Shown here piece after piece: positions 37,188-50,383 of a stretch of DNA of 64,000 nucleotides. Source of the stretch: Vitrella brassicaformis CCMP3155 (taxonomy: Eukaryota; Protista; Chromerida); NCBI GenBank assembly GCA_001179505.1, contig CDMY01000182.1, positions 1-64,000 of the forward strand, in the 5' to 3' direction. The stretch's first letter is position 1. Each line of letters opens with the position of its first letter. A program made the translations under genes and the position numbers. The notes under the pieces are model-generated. The model saw only the letters and a list, made by a program, of their open reading frames with translations, made no database searches and was not told the DNA's origin.

Positions 37188-40100
37188 TCAATCGACATCT
37201 CCTCCGGCTCTGGTGACTTGCCCTGACCACACACACACACACAGACAGACAGACACACACACACACAGATACCGCCCGCTTTCTCGGCGTGCTCGGTACA
37301 GGATCCCTGTCTGCCTGTCTGGGCTCACCTGATCGCCCCCTCCTCTTTCTCTGTCGTCGGTGTCCTTGCCCGTATTGCCCTCCTGCTGCCGCTGCTGCTG
37401 CTGCTGCTGCTGGGTGGTCTCCGCAGCCGCCGGCCCCTGCTGCTGATTCTGCTGGTGGGTGGTCGCTGCAGCCGCCTGCGCCTGCTGCTGGTTCTGTGGT
37501 GCGGTGGTGTGTCCGTCCTTGGCCTCTGCGGGTGGGGCAGCATCGGCTTGGGGAGTGTCGCTCCAGGGTGTGATGATCACGACGCCTGGGAACTCGGGCG
37601 AGGTTTTTTCAGTCATCTGCAAACCTGCACACCGCACACACACACACACACACATTCAGAGAGAGAGAGAGATGGAATGAGTGAATGGGTGTGTGAAATC
37701 CTTCTTCCAACGACGAGGGTTCAGTCTGTACGCACCTACAACGCTCTTCGCGAAGTGGAAGCCGAGAGGATCGTCGAAAGGATGGCCTCTTGTCACTTCA
37801 CTAGCAGACAGCAGCCGCGAGCCGCCAACGCCTGGCACACCATGAGCACCAGCAGCAGCAAGACCAGCCATCAAAGCAGAAGACCCCGGCGCAGACGGCC
37901 GGGCTGCCTGGGCAGCAGGGCTGCCGGTTCTGGTGTTTGCTGCTGGACGGGTGGCTCCAGGGCTGCCCTGGGAGGGCGATGACGCTTGCGATGACGGCCT
38001 TGGTGGCCGTGAAGGGGGTCGGCTGGAGAGGGGAGCCGGAGGGGGTGGGGAGGGGGTGGGTGGGCGGCCGGGGCTCGATGGAACGGTCACAAAGGGAAGA
38101 GGCGACTGCGACGAACGGTCTGGGGAAACACATCCACACGCACAGGAGAGGAGACAAGAGAAGACATCCACGTGAGGAATCTCTCCGGTGTGAAGGGGTG
38201 GGTGCATCTGTGTGTGTGTGGCGTACCAATAATGTGTTGCTGCGCCCCGTATCTGTGCTGCTGCATCCCCCCCGGCATGGCCCTCCACTGCTGCCCCTGC
38301 TGCTGCGGTGAGCCGGCCAGCCCCCGGACCTGCTGCAGACACGCCAGGAAGTCCGGCGAGCCGTAAGAGGGATGCATGTACGGCGGCTGTGGGTGCGGCA
38401 CGTACGCAAACCTCCCACCTCCACCCACAGCAGCAGCCGCCGCAGCAGCAGCAGAGGCCGATGGCTGTGGCTGCGACCCACCCCCACCACCCCTCCCTCC
38501 TCCGTAGAGGTGCAGGGTGGGCGAGGAAGCGCGCGGGAGTGGGCATCGGACCGACTCTCCGGCCGGCAGGATGGGCCTGACCCGCCCCGCCGACGGCTGC
38601 GGGGATGTGCGCAGTTGCGGGAACATCGGGTGGATGGCCGGCTGCGTGTGGAGAGTGGCAAGCAGGTCCGACGCACCAGTAGTTGTGATAATGGGCGGGG
38701 GGTGTCTCCGGTGTGTGAGGGGCGATCCAAAGGCGATCTCAGAGTGCTGTGTCACCAGCCGCTGCTTCTTGACCACAGAACCGTCGGACTGCGGCGAGCG
38801 CTGCTGCTTGTCGGCCGATGGGCCGTTGGGCAGAGGCGCCAGGACGTCTGTGGCAGATCTCTTGGTCCCTCTCCGCTGTTCGAGGACACTGCTGGCCTCA
38901 CTCTCGCGCCGCATCTCGTCTGGCTGGCCTGCAAGGGACGGGGGAGGGGGCGAGGGACTCACCGCACGGAAGCTGTGCGCGTCTTGAGGGCGGCTGAACC
39001 TACCCCGCATCAGCTTCTCCACCAGCTCGAGGTGCGACGTCCCGTGGCCGGTACTCGCACCTCCGCCCGCCCTCTTGGATGTGTCGCCGATCGGATGCAT
39101 TTCGACGTCAGAGATGTGTGTCCGCTTGCCGTCCGGCTCCTGCTTGGTGGTGCCGTTGAGTGGTGGGATGGGGGCGGGCTCGAGGGAGAGGGTCCTCTTC
39201 TGTCGCGAGCAGTGGTCGCGGTCATACTCCTGGAAGTCATAGCACGCGAAGCGATCCATCGCCTGCCGCCACAGGGCCGATTGCTGAGGGAATCCAAGAC
39301 ACACAGTGATGATGTGATGTGATGATCGTATATAAATGGGTGGGTCCATCCCTCGTTCGTACCTGCTGGACGAGCCTCAACAGGGCCGCTCTCTCCTCGT
39401 TAGTGTCCTCCTCTTTCTTGTCGCCCTCGGTCTCCTCCTTGGGCTCCACCAGCCCCAGCTGACACATGCCCTTGGGCTCATTCTGACCCTCCGACGCCGC
39501 CCCCTCGGCCCCATTGCCCTGCTCCAGTTTCTTCTGCAGCTCGGCCACCAGGGGGTCTTCCTCCTCTTCGAGCGGCTGCTCGTCCTTGGGGGACTTCCTG
39601 GGCAGCGGCGGTGGTGGGAAGGGGTGCTTCTTGCGGTGCTCGTTGAGGTGGAAGTAGAAGGTGTTGAGGGCTTTGTCTTCGGTGCGGAGCTTCTTGATGC
39701 GGCCGGCGAGAAGGAACAGCTGGTTCGACGCCTTCTTGACCAAGTCACGCGCCCTGAATGAATGAATGCCGCGACAACGAAGACAAATGAGTTCATAAGC
39801 GTGTGATGTCGTCAAAGTGACTGACCGTGTTGTGTCTTCGGCGAGTTTCCGCAGCCCCTCGCTCTTGAGGTCAGGGAACTCTCGTCGGTGGTCGGGGTAG
39901 TTGATCACATGGCGACGGCCGTCGCGGAACTCGGGAATGCTTCCCCCGGCCGGCGGGTTGGCCCATGGGTTGTCGCGCCACTTGTCGTTCCACATGTGGT
40001 TGTGTGCACCCGAGCTGCCCGCCGCCCCTGCTCGCCGCGTGTCGACCTGCTTGAGCAGCGCATCGATGTTCTGGTACTGCTCGTCGCCCACACCGACACC

Positions 40101-43100
40101 GACACCCATGCCCTTGCTGCTGCGGCTCATCTGCACGCGCCTCAGCCGCTCCTCTGGCGACATCTGCCCGAGACTGACGCCCTTGCCCATGCCGCCGATT
40201 GGGATGCCATTGAAGTAGGGGTTGTCTTTGCCGAAGTGGGGGTGCCGCTGTGCGCTGGTGCTGTTGAAGCCGGCCCAGGGGTGAGCCCGTCTGCTGCGGG
40301 ATTCCGTCTTGTACTTCTTGCGCGTGAGGCCGTCGGTGGACTGGGAGGCCGAGATGCTGCCGCGATCGCTGAAGCCGGAGCTCGCCGATGAGTCTGACTC
40401 GACAGAGTCTGAGGAGACAGCGAGAGCACAGCAACAGCAGTTGTGTGGCTGGCATGAGGGGCTGTGTGACTGCGTGGGTCCGTGTGTGGCAGCTTACAGT
40501 CGGATGACTCTTCTCCCTGCGACTCCACCGACTCCTCTTCGGTGAATTCATCAGAGGAACGCGCAGCACGACGACCTAATGGGCACAAAACACCAACACA
40601 CATGGAAGAAGGAATTGATTGTCCCTCTGCTGCGAGCCCTCGCCTCACCTGCAGTTGTTCTCCGTGGCTGTCCCGCCTTCGCCGCTCTGGCACCCCCGCG
40701 GGCACCCCGGCCCCGCGCCCCTCGTCCTCCGGAAGCGGGTGTGCTCTCCCTCGCCACGGGTGGCGCCAGGCCCACACCAGGAGGCGGGATGAGTGCCCCT
40801 CTGCCTGCACCAGCCGTTGGAGGCAGAATGGAGGGAGCGGCCGCCTTGGTGGTGCGGACGCTCGCGTGAGTCGCACCTACACAAGGGCAACGCGTGATTG
40901 TGTGGGCATGCATGTGTTTGTTCGTCCCGTGTTGTGTTGTGTTGTGTCGCGTGTGTGCATACCTGCAGCATCGAGGACGAGTTTTGGGTTGAGGAGGTAG
41001 CTGTTCTGTCCGGGGAACCGTGCGTTGATCTGCTTGTCGGTGTAGTTGCTCTGGTGCAGCGCCGCCACGAGGTACGGCGCGGCGTACAGGCTCTCGAAAT
41101 CCATCCACAGGACCTCACGACCAGCTCGCTGACAAATGAACACACACACACACACACATACATTCAATCCGATTGGATGTGTGTGCTACGCTGCCCTGAG
41201 TGAGTGCCACTCACCCGTCGCAGGGGAAGGAGGTCGGTGCCGCCCTGCATGGCGTAGTACTTGACGACCTTTGATATCTGCGCGTTGCGGTGGCACCGCT
41301 CGCAGGTGCAGATGCGGTTGCAGTAGGGGCAGATCCATTGGCGGCTAGCACTGACACAAGCAGCGGTGGGAGGCACCCACACAGGGAGGGACAAATAAAC
41401 AAGTGACAGACAGCTGGTTGGTTGGTTGGTTGGTTGGCGCATTTGTGGCGTGTGTGTACTCACGTTTGTCCTCTGTTCTCAGAGTAGCCCCCGAAGTTGT
41501 GGTTGAGGCATTCGGAGCAGAACATCCGCCAGCAGTAGCACCCCGCCTGGGCAAGATTCGACGTGCCGCCATAGAACTAACATGATATCACACAGAGGGC
41601 AAAGCAACCACACGCACACACACACACACATAGATGAGATGCATAGGTGAACAGATGACCACCCTACCATCGCCCCTCGCTGATTCGTTGACCCACTCAC
41701 CTTGTCGAGGCTTGCAGTCTTCTGCATGAGTTTGTTGGTTGGCATGTTGGTATTGAGGAACCGGGAAACCCTCTCCTGGTGCGAAGGCGAATTGCGCTCC
41801 GGCAGCTCCCCGTAGCTGTACCCCATCGCCCTCCCCTGCCCTGGCGCCAAGCCATACTGATACGCCCTGGCCGGCGGGCTGCCCCTCCCCCCTCCAGCAG
41901 CTTTCTTCCTGTTCACCGCGTCGCCCGGCAGCCGCAAGCCGGTCGACGGCGACCCACCGCGCCCGCGCCCCTTGGGGCTGGCGAGAGGCGGCGGCAACGG
42001 GGCGTTCATCGACTCGGCTCGTGCTGTGCGGTCGGCGTGCACCTCGTAGTATCGGTTCTTGACGTGCTCGAGCGGGTCGTGCTGGGGCTTGGTCCATTGG
42101 GTGGCCTCGAACTCATCGAGGATGGCCTGCCGCTCGGCCTCGCTCATCCCAGGGACGTCTGGGCTGAGGATGGGCGGGGGGAGAGGGAGCAGCCGCTTGG
42201 GCGACGTGGGTGAGGTTTTGCGAGCGGGAGAGGGCGTGTGCGCCTTCTTGGGCGAGCCGGCAGTCTTCTTGGCGGGTGAGGGCGGCCCTGACGCCTTGGG
42301 GCTCCTACTTGACCTCCTCCGGCCGCCTCGCTTGGGGGGCGACCGCGGGGGCGGTGGGTGGGGCAGGAAAAGCGGCGGCTCCGTCTCCTCCACCTTGACC
42401 GACGGCTGCTCGTTTTCATCTTGCGCTGGCGCCTCTTCAACGTGTGCAGGTGGTTCCGCCCCAGCAGCAGCTTCAGCCGCCGCCGCAGCTGCTGCCTCTG
42501 GGGCAGGGGTAGCGGATGGCTTCATTTCAGCGTCAGGCGGACCAGCGGGCTTCTCGTCGGGCTCGGGGAGAGGGAGAGGGAGAGGCAGAGAGAGCTTCTC
42601 GTCCACCACCTCGGGAGGTATCGGCTGCTTCTCGATGTTGGCCTCGGGCTCAGCGGGGGGCTGATTCTCGTCGGCTTCTTCAGCTGCATCCATCCTGCTG
42701 TCTGTCTCAGAGGGCGCAGGCGGCTTTTCGTCGGGCGGGATGTCCTGTGGGGCAGCAGCAGGCGGCTCATCGGATGGGTTCTCCTCCATGGTCACGTCTG
42801 CATCAGCCGCAGGGTCCGCGGGAGTCTCTGCTGGAGGCTGTGGCTCGTCGGCTGCCTTGGGCTCTTCCTGTTCTGACTCCTTGTCCGCCCCCGTCTCATC
42901 CGTCGGCTCTCGTTGCTCTCCAACACCCTCCTGCTGTCGCTGGTCGCTGTCGTCGCCCACCTCAGCTGGCCTCTCCTCTTCTCTCCTGCTCTCACCGGCC
43001 TTGTCCTGTTCTTCCGGCTGTTGCTCTGGCGGCGGTCCAGCTGCGATCTTGTCATCGTCGATCGGAGCAACCTCACTCCTCTCGCCTATCTCGACATCCG

Positions 43101-46100
43101 GGGATTGGCCGGCAGCGGCAGCGGCAGCCGCTGCGATGGCCGTGCTCCCGTCCTGCTGCTGCTGTTGCTGGTCGGCATTCTTTTCACTGTCCCCCTCGCC
43201 CTCGTCTGCATGCACCACCTCCTCAGCAAGTTTGTCGGCCACAGCCTCGTCCGCTGCCTTCCCCCCCTCCTCTCTCGCTTGGTCGGTGGCGCCTTGCCCA
43301 GCCTCGCGCTCATCGGCATCGGCTGCAGCGGCCTCGGTCTGATCGGCCGGTCGCTGCTCGTCGGTGTCATCGAACGACGGCACGGGGGGAAGCGGAGGGA
43401 GAGGAGGATGAGGTCGGGGCGCCTCGTCTTGCGCATCAGGGGAGGGGGGCAATGGAGGGACAGCGGGGGGTGGGGGCGGCATGTCCGTATCGCCAGGAGG
43501 GTTGGCGTCGCCATCTGTCCGCTCAACCTCGTCCGTCTCCCTCATGGTGGCGTCAGCGCCTTCCTCCTCCTTCGCTGCCCCGGACGCATCACCCATCTCC
43601 TCATTCGTGTCCTCTGACTCAGCAGCCGCTGCCGCTGCTGCTGGTGCTTCTGAGGGACCCTGCTGGTCATGATCGCCATCATCCTTGTCGTCAGTGGCCA
43701 TGACCTCATCGCCATCGCCCTTGTCTGCCTCCGCAGCTCCCTCCTCCTCTCCCTCGCCTCCCACCACCGCCGCTGCTGCTGGTGCAGACGGTTCCTCTTG
43801 CTGAGCGGGCGGCATGGCCTCATCCTCAGGTGGTCTGGACGAGTGGGGGCTCTTGGCTTGTGGGGGATGGGCACGGCCGGGGGGAGGGGTGGGCGGCAGC
43901 GACCCGTCCTTGCGCTTGGAGCGGATGAGCAGGTCCTCATCGCTGTCGCCATCCTCGGCAGGAGGTGCCTCAGGCGGCTCGTCCTCTGCGGCCTCTGGTG
44001 CGAGCTTGGCCTTCTTCCGCGACTTGGTGTCTTTCTTGCCCTTCTTGGATGAAGTGGGGGGCTTCACCACGTCCTCCGCCGGCTTGTCGTCCTCTGGCGG
44101 CTTCTCGTCCTCCGCTGGCTTGTCTGCCGCGTCGGTGGGAGGCTGCTCGTCGGTGTCCTCTGCCTCTGCAGCGGCTTCGCCCTTTTTGGTCTTTCTGCGG
44201 CCACCCTTGGTCTTCGGCTTGGCCTTGGCCTTTGGTTTGGGTGCCGGGGTGGCGTCACTCTCGTACTTCCTTGACCGGAGCCTCCGGGAGCCCCTGCCGG
44301 TCGGGTGCTCCTCTTCCTTGTCCTCAGCGGGCTCAGATGGCTTGGCCTCACCCTCTGCCTCGGTGGCCACCTGCGCCTCGTCGGGGGCCGCCTGCTCCTC
44401 AGCGTCGGCCGCCTTCTTCTTGCGATTGGTTTGTCGGGCCTTCTTCTTGGGCGCTGCCTCAGCCGCAGAGGTGTCGGGGGCATCACTTGGAGGCTCCGCT
44501 TCTGCCCCTGCAGCCTTCTTGCCCTTCTCGGTCTTGCTCTTTGGAGCCGGTTGCGGTGGCTCAGACTCTGCCGCCTCTGCCGTGTCATCTTTGGTTTTTC
44601 TCCTGCCGCCCTTCTTGCCGCGTGTCTTGCCGCCCTCATCCTCCTCATCGGCAGCGCTCGCTGCGGCCGCTGCGGCCGCCGCGCCCTTCTTGGCCCGCGC
44701 CTTGGCCTTGGTCTTGGCTCCCGCCTTGGCTTTGGGCGCAGGTGCCTCGCTGGCCGGCTCGCTCGACGGAGGCTGGCCTCTCTTGCTGCGGCCAGTGGAG
44801 CGGCCCGACTGCTCGCCCTCCTGGGGATCATCTGCGTCGGGGGGTGGCGTGGGTGCTGCCTTGGCCTTCTTCTTCTTCGGCGGTGGCTTGGGGTCCTCCA
44901 CAGGGGGGTCATCAGGCTGCTGCTGCTGCTCATCAGCAGCAGGCTTGGCCTCTCCCGCAGCATCCGTGGCGCTCTCTTCAGGTTCCTCAGGTGCTGCACT
45001 GGTGTCCCGCTTCCGCTTGGTGCCCCTGCCGCCACGAGAGGCGCTGGATGCCCCTCGCCCCCTGCCGCCACGGGAACCCCCGCCTCTGCTCCTGCCCCTC
45101 TCAGCAGCTGCGGCCTCCTCGGCCTTGCGGCGAGCCCCACGAGTCTCCATGGGCTCAATCTTGATCTCGATCATGGCGCCCCGCTGACGGGGGGTGGATG
45201 ATGCGGCGCTCTGTGTCTTCCTCGGACGCCCGCCACGATTCTTGCCAGTGTTGCCTCTTCCCGCAGGGGCGGGCGGGTCCATCGCTGGCGGGTCGTCGTC
45301 CTGCTCGGCCGGCTCCTCTTTGACGACCGAATCCACCTGCATCGCGTCGCCGCCATCGCACTCCTTCTCCTCACCCCTCGACGCAGGATCGTCTGCTGCA
45401 GCTGGCGGGTCGGTCGCCACCTCAGTAGCAGCCGCGGGGGGAGGTGCGTCAGGTGCTTCGGAGGGGGGCAAGAGGCGAATAGACGGCACCGGGGCTGCGG
45501 GGGCCGCCTCTGGAGGAGAAACAAGTGGTGCGCCAGCTGCACTGCTCTCCTCTTGTTGCGGCTGCTGAGCCCAGGCCGTCACAGAACCTGAGTCGCGAGG
45601 GCCTGGCTCCTCCTCGACCTTGAGTGACACTTGCTGCATCTCAAGCAATGCCGGTGGCACGGAAGGAGGGGCCTTGATGGCCACCACCTCAGCAGCTGAC
45701 GGTGGCGGCTGCGCTGCATCTTGCTGCTGCTCCTCCTCCTCCTTGTGTTGACTGGCCTCCTTGTCGGTTGCCTCTCCCTTGGGTGAGAAGGAGGTGCTGC
45801 GGACGACGCCGACCGGCCCGACCTTTGCCTTTGGCTTTGGCGATGGGCTGATGGGGGCGGGAGGGGGAGGGGCCTTGGCCTGCAGGGGTAGCAGGGGCAC
45901 AGCGGGCGCCTGATGAGGGGTCGTCTTGGCAGCAGCGGCGCGGGTGGGCGTCTCTGGGACGACATCGTAGACGGGCGGCGGGGGCAGGTTCTCCCTCACC
46001 CGCTCGCTGTAGTCCTGCAGCACCTGAGTCTCGTCGGTCAAGCGGTTGATGTACTCGGGGTGGCGGCCGGGCGGCCCCGTGGCTGCAGATGATGCGATGC

Positions 46101-49100
46101 CGACGCCGCCCTGCCGCAGCTTGCTGAAGCACACCGACATGGCCCGCCTCTTGCCGTCCTCAGTCAGCTTGCATCGACAGTAGTGGCAGAACGGCCCACT
46201 GACCCTCGGGAAGCCCGCGTTGCCCGCCTTGGCCGTTGCCGCCGCCTTGGCTTTGTTCTTGGCCTTGGCCTTTGCCTTGGACTTGGGCGAAGCAACGCCA
46301 CTCACCACCGCAGCAGCCGCTGCCGCGGCCTGCTGCTGCTGTTGCTGTGACGCATCTGCCGTGGCTGCAGCAGCGGCCGCAGAGCTGGCGGATGCCGATC
46401 GCAGTGGTGGGGCGGGGAGAGAGGCCTCGGGAGGTAGGTTTAGCGGTGGGGGGAGGGCTTTGGGTGGGTTTCGGTTGGAGAAGATGTACTTGTCAATGGT
46501 GGCCGCACCATAGTATTTGGACTCAGTGTTGGGCACCCGCTCCCAAAGAAGGCGATAGAGGACGGCCTTGGGGACCCACTCGACGTGCACGTTGTCGCCG
46601 TCGTCAAACGACACCAAATACTCGCCGCGGCTCTTGTCAAAGGCCAGCAGCTCCTCGACAGAGTCACACAGCTGCTCAAAGGTCAAACGATCCACTATCT
46701 CTGCAGCCCACCAAATGAACGAACGAGAGCAACAGGGACAAATATGTGCCTCCATCCAGTGTTGTGGGGGGGTGGGGGGGTGGGTGTCGCGAGCGTACTC
46801 TTGAGCACGTCGAGGGTGACGGTGTTGCCCTCCCGTCTCTTCTTCCGCCTCTCCTCCTCCTCGCCCAGCCGGCTTGCGATCTCGGTCCTCAGGTGGGTCA
46901 GTGTGCGGTCGTTCTCCTCCAACATGCGGCGAAACTGGGGCAGCAGGCACTGAAGAAAAAACATGACGCGCACAGATCGAATCATCCATGAGCCAGCCCA
47001 TCTTCCGCTGCAAGCACGTACCTGTATCTCCTCCTCGTATGTGATGAAGTTGGCCTCCTTTTTCCTCCTGCCGCCCCCGCCGCCCCCGCCCCCGCCGCCG
47101 CCGCCGCCGCCCCCGCCGCCGCCGCCTGTGGAAGTGCCGCCTTCCTGTGATGGCGATGGTACGCTGGCGGCGGGCTGAGAGGGCGGGTCGTCGGATGCCT
47201 CCCGCTCCCTTAGGCTGCGATCCGGGCTGGGCAGGGCCTGTGGAGGGGTGGGCGGATTGCTCGCAGACAACTCACGCTGAGAGAGGAACACACAAATACG
47301 CGATGGATGGATGGATGCGCATAGAATGCGCCACGTTGGTGTGGGTGTGGGTGTGTGGAGCACTACCTGGTAGGTTTTGAAGTCCTCCTGTTGCCGCTGG
47401 TACTCCCGCATCTTCTCTCGCTCCCGCTGCTTGAACGACCGCTTGTCCGACCGCGGCTGCACAAACGCCTCACCCAAATCCATACCTGACACACACACAC
47501 ACACACCGAGCACACACGTCTCGGTCGACCACTAAGCGCCTGGGTGTCTGTCTGTCTGTCTGCCGTGGCTTACTCATGAACTCGGGGTCAGTGGTGTACT
47601 GCAGGCGGATAAGCTGCGCGTCGGTGAGCCCGCTCGCCTGGTTGGCCGACGCTGGCACGGGGGGCGTCTCGAACGCTGCGCCTGAAGCACACAAGCGGGC
47701 AAACATGTGTGAATGCCCTCCCTCTGTAAGTGTGTTCGCGTTGCCCTGACCGAGTTTCTTCTCCCGCATCTCGCGTATGGCGTCGAAGTCGATGAGATCG
47801 TCCAGCGCCCACTGCCATGAGTAGTGGGGGCCGGTGAACTGGCCCTTGAGCAGCGGCTCGGTGGCCGCACGCCCCGTGGCCTGCGACGCCTCGTGCGGCA
47901 CTATCGAGATGCCGTCAAGGCCGTCGATCTGCATGCTGGTGCTGCCGGCGTCGCTCCCGGCTGCTCCTGCTGCCGCTGCGGCGCTGCTGGATGGGGCCGG
48001 GGGAGGTTTCCTGTTGATAAAGGCGTCGGTCTGGTTGGTACGCTCCACGTATTTGGCCACGTGTGGCTCGATGTCGAGGAAGTCGAGCCACCGCTTGTCA
48101 AGCGGCCAGTGGTCACGCTCACTCAACTCCCAGAACTGATGGACGGACGGACGGACGCAGAAGTGAGAATGGTTGTCTGTGAGTGTGGAGTGGGTCGTCT
48201 GCGTGCCGTTCCGTACCTTCTCGGCAGTGTCTATTGTTTCGAGAGGCGGCGCAGGTGTGCCGAAGTCGGCGGGCGTCACATCGTCAGATCCCTGAATCAA
48301 CTTCTCACTGCAGATACACACATGGACACACATTTCGTGCTTCTCGCGTGTCCGGCTGGTCTCCCCCCCCCCCTCTCTCTCTCTCCATCCCAGCGGGCTT
48401 ACGTGAATTTGCGATTCTCGTTTTTGTCGAACGATGCTGTGACCTGCTGCCCCTTCTTGACCGCTCCCCTCCTGCCCCCGATCTTCTCCTTGCGCTTGAC
48501 GCCGCCCTTGGGCTGCGGCTGTACGTCATCGTCAGCACGCCTCACGGTGCCGTCCACCGATGGCGCGTTGGGGTACAGGAAGTCAAACAGATGCTGCACA
48601 CCTCCGCCCAAGCCCGTGCCGAAATTGCCCTGGCGGCCGACCCCACCCCCGCTGGCTCGGCCCTCCTTGGCCCGGTGCGGCCCCCCAGACTTGGCTCGGG
48701 GTGTTGTCTTGGTCCTGGGTGTGTGAGCCTTGGACCGGCTGCCGACCGGCGGAAATGTGCTCTTGGCGGCCGGGGGGCGCACCTTGACTGGCGGAGGGGG
48801 CGGGGGGGGAGGGTTGATGTACATGGCCGCCTCTTCCGCGGCCGACGCTGGTGGCGCAACTCCATTGCTGTCCTTTGGAGGTGGAGGAGGCAATGAAGGC
48901 ACCGAAGGCACGTCAGCAGGGAGAGGCGCCTCCGCTGCTGCTGCGGCATTGTCCTGCACGTGGTTGGGTAGGGGTGAGGGTGACGATGGGGCGCCACTCG
49001 GGTCAGAGTTGACGCAGGAGCGATTGGATGGGTCGACGTCACAGGGAGGAGGGGAGCAAGCGGCGGGAGCCTTCATCGGCACGTCAACGTCCTTGACTGC

Positions 49101-49175
49101 GGCCACGTCGCCGTTGGGGGCGGGGGCTACCGCCTCGGGCAGCGACGGAGCGCCAATCTCCACTGGTGGATCCAT
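37188..49175 (-). CDS. Giant (>3,000 aa, estimated) predicted nuclear protein with chromo-like domain, split zf-4CXXC_R1 (CDCA7/JMJD1-type) zinc finger, AT-hook-like motif and long acidic/Pro-rich regions
   Basis: Consistently oriented exons, with junction phases checked around the 5,000-nt exon 41701-46700. Chromo-like VEELLAFDKSRGEYLVSFDDGDNVHVEWVP (46558-46659); CHYC...C (46129-46188); CYC.RMFCSECL...WICPYCNRICTCERC (41290-41540); RGGRPRK. Confidence 0.75.
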
Positions 49176-49972
49176 CAGCTAGCTGATCACACACCTGCAA
49201 CATCACACACACAGAAGAGAGAGAGAACCCATTCACACGTGTGGACCCCGATGCGGACACAAACCCTCCCTACATGCACTGATCTACACTGTCTGGCCTG
49301 CCTGCACACGCCCGCCTTATCGGCAGTGCATCACAGCTTGTCTACAGGCAGAAATGGCCGTCCAATCATGGGAACAATCGACACATCTCGCTGACAGGCA
49401 CACTACCACGAGGCCAGAGACATTATCTGCCCCGACATGCACCCCTGTTCTGCATTCAATGCACCCATCCAGCCCACCTTATGAGACCGGTAGACTTGGG
49501 CAAATGCCGACAGATGCTCGATCCACACTCATGCCCCAATCTCCGCAAGCACCGAATGGAATCCCCCCCTGGCGCGACAACACCGATTAAACCGCCCCTT
49601 GTGAAGCTGTTGACGTGGAAAGAACGGCGAGATGGCGTCCCGTTTTGGCTAGCGTCAATTCGACGAGGTTGCGACACAGACAGCTCGTCAGCAAAGGGTG
49701 GGCCTCCGGGCTCCAGTACACCCTCTACGGTCTATGCGACGCCCAGAGGCTATGTGGAATCGTTTCCTCCGCTTGGAAGAGATGCGAGCTTTGAGTTGGC
49801 TTTGAGCTCGCAGATCTTCCCTTGGAACCGCTCTTCCCTTGGAGGCGCTCATCTCCTTTCCGACCCATCGCCTCTCCCCGCCGCCTTTTCCCCTGCTGTG
49901 ATTCATCCCGTCGCAGCCGCCAAGGCAGCCGTCAACGCTGATTCGCGGCGAAGGCCGTGAATTTCCCCATGG

Positions 49973-50250
49973 GCAGGCCACGCAGCCAGCAACGCAGCAG
50001 CGAGGGCAGCAGCAGCACCCCGTCTGGTACCTATGGGTCAACGATCGGGCCGTCCGCCGCAGCTTCAAACTCCTCAAGATCTAGGACATCGTGCGGCTCA
50101 GAGCAACGTGCACGTGGCTCAGAGATGCCTTCGAAGCGAATCAGCTGCTGCAGCGGCTCACCCACTTCCTCAGCACACAGGCGGGGCTGCGACAAGTGCG
50201 CAACGGACAGCCGCCGATGCAGCTGCTGGCGTTCGAGGACCAGCAGATGG
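49973..50250 (+). pseudogene. Remnant of a lineage-expanded family with an F-box-like N-terminus
   Basis: Frame HPVWYLWVND...KI*DIVRLRATCTWLRDAFEANQLLQRLTHFLSTQAGLR...LLAFEDQQM has an in-frame TAG at 50082-50084. Family recalled from memory, unverified. Confidence 0.5.
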
Positions 50251-50383
50251 GTATGGCTGACCTGCAGCATCGCTCGCCTCCCTTATCCACACCCAGCAGC
50301 ATCGCATCCCGCGCGGGATGATCCGCTGGCTTCCCTCTGACCTCCTGCTGCGTTGACCAACCCAATTGGACCAACCAAGGAAG

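Noticed and set aside
42059-45568. Long plus-strand and alternative-frame ORFs (e.g. 42516-43703, 43814-45187, 43965-45164)
   Set aside because: Shadow ORFs of the GC-rich 5-kb minus-strand exon; low complexity with no motifs.
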